Positions 26,701-39,000 of a DNA stretch of 64,000 nt are shown here, piece by piece. The stretch comes from Podarcis gaigeae (lineage: Eukaryota): assembly GCA_964106915.2 (NCBI GenBank), contig OZ066914.1, one strand, 5' to 3'. The notes beneath the pieces are model-generated. The model worked only from the letters and a program-made list of their open reading frames with translations. It did no database searches and was not told the DNA's origin. Position numbers and translations under genes: made by a program. The stretch's first letter is position 1; every line of letters starts with the position of its first letter.

Positions 26701-29700
26701 TCCAGCAGTTTTGGTTAGGTATGTTTCCACTACCTATCTTAAGTCAAATTAAACTCATTTAACTATTCTGGCTTTCTTCCATAGAAAAAGGGATGGTAGT
26801 TTGGTGAGTATGCTGAGGATTCCTTGATAGAGGTCTGCATCCCTCCTCACTTTAAACAAGTTTATGGCCAAAGGCAAGAGGTAGAATAAATGTGATCAAT
26901 TAAATTTATACATATGAGGAGCTATGAATAAGATACAAATAGTAGTGGAGAAGCGGGCTTGATCAGCCCTTTCCTTCTGAGACATTTTTCTAGTCAAAAT
27001 TACCACCCAACGCCCAGCCTCTTTTCCACTGGTGAGGGAACAGATATTAGGTTCCTACATCCTTTTACCTGGTGAGAAAGAAACACGGAGAAAGGATTAT
27101 AAACCCCTCCTTTCTCTTCCAATCAAATGTACAGCACATCCATAGTGACACTTCAGTGTTGTTGTTTTTTAAGTGGGAACTGCTCCTACATCTCCTTGAG
27201 TTTGGCCCCAAGATTACAATCCCCCACACCTTTGCTCTGGAGTAAGCTACTTGGTGGGACTTATTGTCTAAATATGCATGGGACTGGGCTGCCAGAAAAG
27301 TAGACACACCTTTAGCCTTTCCTTGCTTTGTTAGATTCTGTAAGACAATGAAAGAAGAAACCCTAGTTGTGTTTGCTTCAGGGGAAGTGATTATTTGGAA
27401 GACAAGCACCAGTCACAGCAGATGGTTGTATGTTTTGCCATTGAAGCTGTTGTATTTGCTTCTGAATTCAATAAGCACGATTTAGCCTTTACATTTATTT
27501 AAGGTCACCCAACAAGACCAGTCTATCCTCTTGAATGCTCTGTGCAGCTCATACAGCATAAACAATACTGATAAGTTAATGGGTCATGCTTATAATCCTT
27601 TAGCATCTCAACATTAGACCACTGATATTGTCCATAGTGTATCATCCCATATTACTGACATAAATGAAGACGTAATAGAGGAGCAGAAATAGTTTACGCT
27701 TCCCAACTCATGTCATAACCTACAGCAGGCAATGGAGTACTCAGATGGATATGAGGTTCAGGCTATTTCGTCAGAAAGCATTGGTCTTCAACTGGTGGTT
27801 TGCTACAAGAGCGCTACCAGCACACAAATGTACACTAAAAGGTTAGGAAATGGGTCCCCATTTGCATGTTTGGATTAAAAGTGGATCCTGGGTCAGAAAA
27901 GATTGAAAATACCTGCTCTATAGAACCTAGCAATAAAACAGAGTTCTCTACCATGGTCTTAATCAGAGGATGACTCCTCTGCATACTATTTTTTTTCTTC
28001 CAGTTGTGCAGAAGTCAAATTCTGCAACATAAGGCAAGAGCCTTATTCAGCCAGATTCTCCAGGAAGGTGGAAGCTGGGACACTAGATCTGATCAGCTGG
28101 CACTAGTTCCTTGAAGGGGTAACAGCTTTATGTCTGTAGCTGTCTTAGCAGCACCCCTAGGAACTGTCCAAGGTCCTGTTCCTATCTGCTCTCTGCTTTG
28201 ACTGGCCACTGCCTGTATCCCCTGCAGTCTAATGAAACTGGGCAAATAGTCACCAACCCTTATGCAAACAGGCAGGAAGAAGCAAACACAGTAATTAATC
28301 AACTAAACTGCATTCGTTTGCCACGAGTCAAAAAGAAAGTACTGCAACACGGAAAGTCAAAGCTCTGCAGGTTTGCGGCAAATGAGGTAAAGCATGCAAA
28401 ATGTCCATATTATTTAATATTTAATTTGATTATTTTAAAAGGCCAGTCAAGTTTAATTCATTAGGTATGACTTTCGTACCTCTTTAATTTAGACAGCACT
28501 ACCTGTACTAATTTAAGTACTGCAACAGCAAAATGTGGAGCAACAGCAGTGAGAAAGCAGGAAAAGGACTGATGAGATTTTGGAAAGCAGTACTGGAGGT
28601 GCAAAGAAGCTGAGACTGCGAAAGACACACGCGCGCACACACACAGACTTGTAAGGAATGAACATTTGATGTGCTAACTGGAAGCTTCTTCTTCTAATCT
28701 CAGAGATTTTAAGTTCTTCTACAGAAAATAAGCTCCTCATATGAAGAGAAAGCTAGAATTCTTCGGAATCCAGTAGATTCTACACTGGAAACAAAAATGA
28801 ATGCTTTGACAAGTAAGTTCTTGGCTAAAGCACAATAAAAGGGGGGAAATGGTTTGGCCATTTCAAGATTTTAATTCAATTCTCATGACGAAAACCTTGC
28901 AAACACACGACACTACTACTATTAATCTGCACATGACAGTGTTCCTGGTTCTTTAGAAATGAGTATATTGGCAGCTGTCCTCTCCAAAGAAAGTGCCACT
29001 TGTGCAGATAAAACAGAGACAGAAGACAAGAGAATAGAATCCAAATGGACTCAAGAATTAGCATATGACGCAAACGATGAGCTGCTGTCTTCCCCCACTT
29101 GTTCTCTGCCTATCTTTTCGCAACATAGAGAAAAATATCTATTCTGGATACCGAAGGAGACCATAGAAAAAGAGGACAACTGAAGGAGACCATAGATTAA
29201 GCGTGGTATCAGGTGACATAACAAGAAAAGGTGGCGACATTGTATGAAGCAGAACACTGCTGAGAGCAAGATGACAGAACAGAGGTTAAGCAACAGAATA
29301 CCATTATCCTGGTTAAGTGAAGCAGTTCAACTGATGCCGCAGTCCTCAGTTATACTCTAGTGCATAAATCCTTAGCTCAATGAAGCTTTATAGTGAAAGC
29401 AAACTGGGTAGAAGCGCAGTTCTTCAAAGACTGAACTGAGTTCTGTCTGGTTAGCTGAACTGAAAATTGTGAAATTATCTTGTGTGTTTGTGTACATACA
29501 CATGGACAAAACTGGATAAAGCTACCAGGTTGGGTCAATGAGATTGGCCTCGCTTTCCTGCATAACTGGGGTGGGGGGTGGGGGGTGTAGATTTTATTGT
29601 AAGATGAGGCAAGCTCAAAGATGGCAAGCACGCAGAATACTGCTGCTCCAACATGAATATATCCAGTTTTGATGAAATGAGAATTAGAATACTACTAGGG

Positions 29701-32700
29701 GTCCCAAGGCCATAAAGTTAGTCCTGCTGCAGGCTCAATTTTACAGCTATAGACATGCAAGTGATGCAATAGAAGGAACATACTGAACTGAACCTGAAGT
29801 GGGAAAAACAAGTTATCTTTTATTTGATTAAAGTTTTTCTAACAGAACCAGCATCCACAGACTAGTTTCTTTGTGATTATGCAACACTGGACCGCTCAAC
29901 CTATATTATACCCTGTATTGAACAAAATAATTCAAAATGTAATGTGATATTAATAGTGTACAATTTTGCATAACATCCCACGCTTTATTTCTACATTTAT
30001 CTAGGTTGTGGTGTTTTGTTTTGGTTTTTTGTGTTGTTTTTTGTATAAAAAAAACCACCCTAGTATCTGGACAAGAAGTTGCCTTTATCTGTATTTTTCT
30101 TCTTCTTCATAATCCCTAACCCCATTATGTTTGAAAGTATAGGGTAGATCAGGACAGGAATTCATCAGTATCGTAACATTTGATTTTGTCACTTGTTTTT
30201 AGAGAGGTATCTGGCATTTATGGAAAGCAATGCCACAAATGGCATTTACCACCTGTGGCAAACAACAGTTACAAATCATGGTATTTCCAAAACCAACCAT
30301 CTGAAAACGTAGCAAATTGCCATGTAAGATCATACCTGCGAGAGGGATTGCCTGAGACACGTTATCTGTGTATTGTGTCCAGCGAAATCATGTTCTGAAA
30401 CCATCTGCTTAAGTTTCTCCTTCTCTATTGCTATGCTGTTGAAGGCAGACTTCAGAAGAGAATGTACTGGGGAGAAAACAGAAATGTCTCTGGTATACAC
30501 CACAGACCTCTGCATGCAACTTACAAAAAATATGTATCAGCGAACATTTTGTACAGTGCAGTTCCCAATGCTACAGAAACAAGATGCAGATTTTGAAGGG
30601 CCGAGCCTATCACTTCCGAACTTCCATATGCCCTACTTTGGATAACCACGTATGAAAAACAGCCATTAGCCATGGCTGGAGTTTTGTCCTCATGTACACA
30701 GTGGAGCCTACAGTGCCATTATTCCTCAGAGAGTGCAAAATCAGTTTAGTCTATTTTTCTCTCATCAACTACGGCTACTTCTCAAATATTCAGGGTATTT
30801 TCACACATCCTGCAAAATAGGGGGAAGGGGGGGTGAGCCACTCAGGTCAAGCATATTTATATTCTGTTCTTTAAAGCATATCTCCATGCTACATGATTCC
30901 CCAAACTTCTGAAGGGCAGGCCATTTTTCCTGTCATTTATCACTGTGATAATTCAAAGGGTTCAGTGCAAAAAAAAATTGGGGGGGGTGTCTTTATTTTT
31001 AGACTCAGACTATAAGAGCCAACAACTTGTACATCTTCGGCTAGAATTTTAAAACATGGCATAGCAAGTGGGTGCTGATCAGGTGAAATTTTTTTGCAAG
31101 CCATCACCTTGCAAACTTGCAATATTCATACCCGTACTGCAAGAAATCGCTTCCTTGCAACTGCATCTGTGTGCAAAATCTGTGTGAGAAGCACAGCTGA
31201 AATAGTTGAAAAGTAAAACACAAGGGATCTTCCGAAACTTAACAGGATAAGAGAGAAACCTTTGGCAGCTGCACATTCAACATGCTAGCTTCAGTTTCTC
31301 TCAAATTAATCAATCAACACACACAATGCCTTGGCCCAAAGCTAGCCTACTCTGTATCAAAGGTTATTTCCACTGAGATGCTGCTGTTACGCATACAATT
31401 ACCTTTCTGTGCCATGAGGCAAAACTCTTCTTGGAGTTTCAGGTAGTCCGTGGAGCTTTCCAGGGGGTCAGATGCATGGCTTGGAGGAGACTGAAATTCG
31501 ATGTCTGCACAAAGATTAGGATTGGATGAATGCAGGCGAACAGGAGACATTGTAGCGCTGAAAGGAACCTAAATTGGAAAGCAACAGATACAAGGGACTG
31601 TATCTTTCTTCCACAGAACATCTGGCACAGCACTGTAAGACTTTTCTCACTTTACCATAGCGCTTAATATTTATGAGTCGTGGCACTGCTGCCAAGAGGT
31701 ATCTTTTTAATCTCCCTCAAAGCAGGAGTTCTGCTCCTTCCCTGAAATCAATGTTGATGTGTTATAAGCGTTAATTTATGAGGAAGAGGATTTCAATTTA
31801 AACTTGCAGTTACAGCTTGTAACATAAAAAAAAAGGAACAGTGCTTTCTAAGTAAAGCCAAACACAACCAACCAAATATTCAGTGTGGGACATTAAATAA
31901 TAGAGCTTCAAGTGTCTTCCAGAATCATTCAGTGGAAATCAGAAAAGTGAAGGGAGGCATTTTAGGAGAGAAAACTTTACTAAATTTGTAGTCTGGCCTT
32001 CCAAACATGTATGAATAATGTATTAGCAGCTACTGTGAAAAAAAGAAGATTTGAAAAGTACTATTTTCTCCAGCAAACTAAAAACATGGCTAAACATCGC
32101 CAAAGAAGAATTATGAACAGATTTATGAAAGTGTTGGTAAATGGGGAAATGGATATATAATATACGGCATTAGTACATCTACAAATCACAAAATGTGAAG
32201 CTGGATGCATTGAGTGCCTGTCCTTTAATGTAGAATGTCAATTTAATTTGTTGTATTTATCTACACATTGTGTATATACAACGCACAGAGAGACAATCTT
32301 GAATCATGTCTTTAAGACACAATTTATTATACCACCTCCACTTTTCATTCCCTTCTAAGAAATATGTTTGTGTATATATGTGTGTGCTTTCTCACATTGC
32401 TTTTTTTTATTACACAGAATACACACAAACATATAAGCATCATGCACACATCTGCAGTGCTTTTTAAAAATAATATATAAACTATTCAGTGATGACATGC
32501 AAGACAAAATGCATTCAGCCTTAGGTGCATTCCGCGGCCCAATGTTCAAGCATTTTTGTGAACGAACTTGCAACCCAATTCGGCACTTGAATATAAAGTC
32601 AAATGTTAAATTACATTGTTGTCCAAATAGTTCATGTAATTTAAATGTCAATTTCTTGGGGGGGGGGGGTGTTACAAAATATATCACATGCTTTTGAAAT

Positions 32701-33028
32701 ATCCTCAACAGGACCAGCGTAAAAAGTCATATTACTTTACATTTCAACAGACAATGGATTCATTGCCCTAACCAGTAGGAACTTCTTGGAATACAATTTT
32801 CTCCAGTTCTTTCAGGAACCCGGACTTGCACAGTATATAATGTAAAGTTTTAAGTCATCAGTTGATGACATCCTATTCTGCCCACATATTTATTGCAGCT
32901 CATCTACTGCCACCCAGTCTCTTAACATTGGCACTTTATGTTAATACATTTCTTCCATTCAGCTCTATGAAAAACACTAACTTTGAATCTGAGTTAAATT
33001 TAAATTGGAAAAAATGGAATGCCTCCTT

Positions 33029-33083
<55 letters not shown>

Positions 33084-36000
33084 AACAACAATCAAAAGGA
33101 GTGTTTTCCTTTCCCAGGGGAACTTCCAGTATTACCACAGGAACATAGTATCCTTGTATTACAATTAGAGTTCATACTAAACTAAAATTCTCTCTTTAAC
33201 AATTCCTTAGAATAGCCTTCTTTTGGCAAACAAACTTTGATCTCAATTCTTGATCCACTTCCTTCAAGTTTGTAACTTTGCCCTTTTCAGATGAGATCCA
33301 ACATCATGCCAAAGGATGGGATATCCCCCATCCTATCCCTCCATACTGCAGCCTAAATCTGCTCCAGAGAGTCCCCAACCCTCTAGATCACATTTTGAGG
33401 GTGTGCAGAAAAGGAAGAGGAAGTCTTGCTCGCACAAACAGAAGTCGGTTTGCACAGGCAGGAGAACACAATTGGATAGCACCATTCATTAGGATTATTA
33501 TGGCTGAAACCAAACAGCAGCAACCTACGAGCTGACCGAGCTATAAACTGGGAGGGAAAAAAGCTCAAGGAAGAACCTAGAAAGAGATAAACTAGGAAGG
33601 GAAATCTTAATCTACTTTCAGTCTTTTAAAGTGGCAGTTTCTGAAAGACCAACTCTATAAGCCAGTGTGCCAGGGAAGGCACTCATAAGATGGAAAGCTA
33701 AGGTCACAGAAGGTATGCTGTTCTCTCAAGGTGGAAGTGGAATCTGAGGAAGCAGCTGCCATCATTGCATGAATAACTCTGCTGAGAGTGGTGCAAGAGG
33801 AGGCAAAGACTAAGGAAGCTCATGCATTTGATCCCTGGGAGTTCTATAAAAAGAAGGACAAACAGAAATATTTCTGCTCCAAATGAAAGATTCTAATTTA
33901 GTGTACACTGGCTGCCAATACCCAGGATGCAAATGGGCGGTAGGAGGAGCTGTTGCAGATCCTTCTCAAAAGGAAGCCCTTGCTGCTAGTCAGCCATTTG
34001 CTCCCCATGCTGAAAGAAACTTTGAAAGCGGCATTCTATGTTACTCAAGGATGTGAGGGTAGGATGAAAAACCAGGAAAGTTCTCGTTTGTCAACAAAGC
34101 GAGTTCACACATCTAAGAGGCACCTTAGCCTCCAGCTAATGTACATGAATTTTAAAAAATGAATGAATGCAAATATTGGAACACCTGAAACGAACTTAAT
34201 CACACGAGGAAGAGGCTCGGTGCCTCAATTTTATTCAATAATGATGATCCATGTTCAGGGGATATATAGATTGCTTTACCTCTAAGTATTTAACAAAAAG
34301 GCAAAGCCCAAATACTACGTTAGTCATTCAGATTACCATAGTAACCTCCCTTCCAACTATGAGAGGCAGAGGCAAATGATTATTATTTTTTTGGTATAGC
34401 ATCTGGAAATTAGACCAAACATCTGGAATGAGGGTGTGGCTAGAGAGCATTACGCAATTGCTTTAAATCCAAGAGTTAATGTGTTAAATTGGGACTCAAA
34501 ATAGAGGCCAAAATATTTTGGCAATTAAATTCAACACCAAATTTGGAAAGAAATAGGTAAAAAAAAGTATGTGAGAAATATACAATGCTGGCAGTATTTG
34601 GACAATCGAATCTTGGCTTAAGTTAACTTTAAACCATATCATGTTTCATTTGGAAACCATTCAGCATAGTTTCCCAGTCTGGACATAAAAAGCTCTGGTT
34701 CCCTGGTGAACTGGGGCTTCCTGGCTTGTTTCTCAGCTCATGTGACATGCAGGAGTCTTGGTTTTAGATCTCAGCTTGTTAATCAAAGATTCGATCAACT
34801 GAATATAGACGCTGTGAATCACAGGTGTGGCCCTCCAGATGTTACTAAACTACAACTCCCATCTGCCCCAGCAAGCATGGGCCAACGGTCAGGGATGATG
34901 AGAGTTATAATTCAACAACATCCGGAAGGCCAGTGGTTCACCACACCTTATACTTTCATGCTGAGGTGGGTAAAACCTTGGCTCCAGTAGGCCTGGAAGA
35001 TACACATATTATAATTTTAGGGTGTGGTATTAAGTGCATGCTTGCCATTCACAACATGGCTGCACCTTTCTCAGTTGCAGCACTGCCTTCCATAACAATC
35101 AGCTATTCGGCTCTTTTCCCCCGCCCCCATCTCAAAGTGGATCCACTACAATGTTGTCTTGCACAGCCATTATCTGCTCACCCAGGGGATACCTTAAAGC
35201 TACAGTTACCGCCTTAATCTCCTACTCCACATTACCTACCCACCTAAAGAATGCTTCCCAAGTGTACCGTTCAGCTCTGCTTCCGCCGCTACACTCATTT
35301 TCTCGTTTGTTCCCCATCTTTCACAAGCTCCATTTTCAGATACAGTGGTGCCCCGCAAGACGAATGCCTCTCAAGACGAAAAACCGCTAGACGAAAGGGT
35401 TTTCCGTTTTGGAGGCGCTTCGCAAAACGAATTTCCTATGGGCTTGCTTCGCAAGACGAAAATGTCTTGCGAGTTCCTGCGGGGTTTTTTTCTCCCCCCC
35501 CCCTTTTTCTAAGCCGCTAAGCCGCTTATCTGCTTATCTGCTAAGCCGCTAAAAGCCGCTAATAGCGCTAATCCACTAATCCGTCAATGGGCTTGCTTCG
35601 CAAGACGAAAAAACCGCTAGACGAAGAGACTCGCGGAACGGATTCTTTTCGTCTTGCGAGGCACCGCTGTACATGTTCACAGCATTTTTTGGCTTGGTGC
35701 AGTAGCCTGCTCTGATTTTTTTTTCCATTTTTTAAAAAGTAGCACAGTTGTACATTAATATGCACATTCATTCCTGAAAAGCTGATTCAAGTATTAACAC
35801 TCCCCTCTAAATGACCACTGGTATGTGATTCTGGGCTCAACTGAAGCACCTATAAAACCCTAACTTGGCCTGGTTACCCAAAGAACCACACACTTTCTAC
35901 CCCACAAGATTGCCTGAAGCTTGCTTTTTTTACCACAGGCTGTCCCCTGAGTCCTACTGCCAATGGAAGTTGAGTTTAGTGATTGGAGAAGGGCCCTTCA

Positions 36001-39000
36001 TAGTTCTAATGCCATATATTGGGGATGTTCTTCCCATGGAAACATTGCCTGAAGCCAACTCTGATATATTTCTGGCACCAGGCAGAGACATTTTTAATTT
36101 GTCCAGACATCCAAGCATATTCAACAGATGGTTTTAAGAGTTGGTTATGATTCAGTGTGGTTTATGGATTGAGTGTTGCTGGGGCGGTGGTGGTTATATC
36201 ATTTTATTGTACTGTTTTATTCATTTATCTGAATGCTATCCTGGCATAGTATGCGAAGGGTGGGTGGTAAATTAAAATAAATGCATTCATCCCTTGAATA
36301 TTAACATCACTTTCCGTCAATGTGCAATTTGGCTTGAGTGGCAATTTGTTATTTCAATGAAATATCAAGGACCTCTTGCTAGCCAGCTCTCAGGTATCCT
36401 CATTTCCTGACAATTCAGATTCATTGTGCCAACCTTATGCAATCATGTTACCGTAGGCCGAAGTAAATACGTCTACTTTCATTAGAACTACTGAATTAGG
36501 TGAACATTCTGCTATTCCAACTCTTCAAAGAAGCCAAATAATACACACTTTGATTTATTTATTTAAATTTTTCTTCCACCAGAAGTCTAACTGCTTTAAA
36601 AAAACAAAACAAAGTAAAATACAATTGGTGTGGCAGTAATATGACTTTTTGAGATTATGGAACATAAATAAAACTTATGCAATATAATATAGCATGATTG
36701 AATTTATTTATGGGCCTGGTAACTACTGTACTTCTCTTCTGCTTTCTTGATTAAAACAGTAACTTAACAGAATTACAGTGCAAAGATTCTTCCAGTCTAA
36801 GAATCTTTACTCATAAGTAAGACCCTCAGAGTGTGTTTTTTTAAAAAAAAATACCTACTCTCAAATGAGCATTAGAACCTTAAACATAGACAATCACTTT
36901 TCCTAGTATAAGCCTATGTCATACTTTGATATTTTTATTATTGTTGGTTTGTTATTTTGTTCTTTTTTAAAATATTTGCTGTCAGCCATTTTGGACACCT
37001 CCATATGGAGTCAGAAAGCTGGTTATAAATTTTATTCTAAATAAGTATAAATAAGCATACTAACAGGATAAAGTCAGGCTCTGACATCACCTAGCATGGC
37101 TTCTCGTGTATTATTTCTCTGCCAAAGTCCATCCTTTTTTATATACACGGTGCCTCCTGTTATGCATATTTTATTTGTTTGACTATTTCCACCCCACCTT
37201 TTGATCCAGAAGTGTTCCCCAAAATAGCTTAAGTAAAATAATTAAATAGAATTTAATTAAAGCTCTCATTTCCTCTTGCACACTGCATTGGTATGGGGAA
37301 GCCATTTCCCTCAAACCCCAAATTCTCATTGGCTGCTCCTATCCTCCCTCTTTCACTCTGCTATGGACAAGAAATGGGGAGGTCAATTGTTGGGTATTTC
37401 TCGCTCTTTCTCCACACCTAGATGCTAAAGGACAGTGGTTGGATGGTCATTAATCTCAGCATATAGAGATAAGCATGTGCAAACAGGTTAAACAGAGTTA
37501 TTGGTATGTTGTTTTTTAGAGTTCTCTGAGTAAAGGATCCAAAAATAGCCACACCATGAAAAAGCAGCGGTAAGACTGCTTTTAATCAACAGTGAAGACA
37601 TGCTGCCAAAGAGAACTCCTTTTCACTCTTTTGCACATAGCAAAGTGCACCATGCATACAAAAACAAAACAACCCCAAACCAGACTTTGGTTCAGAGAGC
37701 AGTGTCCAAAATGGTTACACACTAAACATACAGATAAACATACACATTTTAAGCTGGAATCATTTAGACCTGAAAGAGCTTAGGTTTGGCTAGATTTCGT
37801 GCATTTTTTCTCCTTTTTACTTGGTTGCACTGTAAACATGCACAAGTTAGACGGTTTGTGAGCCCACAAACACTTAAAGAAGAAGAAGTGACGCAGCTTA
37901 GCCTTCCAACCTCACCCTTCCCATGCTCCCCGGAGTGTCATGAGCGCCACCAGCACATCTACATCAATGTCTGCAGCTTCCCATCTTTAAAGCTTCTATG
38001 CGCCTTGACTGTTAAATCCACTCACTGTTGTAGCCACTGCATCTGCTAGTCTCTGGCGACGCCGTGCGGTACTGAACTGGCTTTTCAGTGCTGTCCCTTC
38101 CTGACAGTGAACAGGAAAAGAACAGGGAAGCAGAAAGAAGGGGAAAAGGATGATGGGAACTCAGGAAAGACAGTCAGAGAAAAAGAGGAGGACGTTCTTC
38201 CAACTGTTTTACTTCTACAAAGGGCCAATCTGCAGTGCAACTGAGGAAAAACTGAGGAAAGGGGAGTCACCAAGTTGTTCCGCTATGTGTACCTCATCCC
38301 CAGTTAGCCCCATGATAAGCTACACAGAGTAGGTTTCTAACTCAGTTCATCACAGACTGACTGACAATTAGAGGACACGGTGAAGCCACTGAACAAACCG
38401 TTGCAGCACCACTTACCCAGCTGCTATAAAGTGACAATTCTTCTTTTGCAAACAGGTGGAAAGTAATTGGTCCTAATAGTAAGAAGCAGAAAACTTTTTG
38501 GCATCAAATAGTGTGGTCTAAATCCAGAACAAAAGCGATGCTTGCTTAAGGCCATTGCAATCACTTTGTGTTGCATTTAGGGCCTACGCTTTTCTTATTC
38601 ACACACGTGCAAGATACATTAAGAATAATTGGCTATTAAAAGGTTCCTGGTGGCATTTGATAGTTGTGAACTACAACTGCATGTCCATAATGTATGCATG
38701 TTATTTGGCAGGCAAATAAAAAACAACAACAGGAGGCTATGGGATGAAAAGACGACAAAAATCCAAAATTTGGATACAGTTCAATTACATTACACAATGT
38801 AGCGGAAATCACCCAGAATGCTGTTCTCTCAGCATGCAGGTCTACTAGACATTGTAAGCTAACTAAAGGTGTTTGGCAACTAAGAATTTCTCTGCATAAA
38901 ACTTTATGCCACCTGAGACTGCAATCTGCTACAAGTTTCACCCAGACCAGCTATTCAACATTCCTTTACTTCTGCATTGCTGTTTTTTGTTTTTTGAATG

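Noticed and set aside
32862-33185. Poly-Cys / poly-Asn ORFs (also 49139-49602, 13863-14102)
   Set aside because: Microsatellite translations
35343-35669. Spaced short repeats resembling a CRISPR array
   Set aside because: Eukaryotic MITE with TIRs and TA TSD; repeats irregular with no unique spacers
36440-36530. Possible exon ending CTACG|gtaaca on minus
   Set aside because: Weak acceptor, in-frame stop and no supporting motifs; indistinguishable from background
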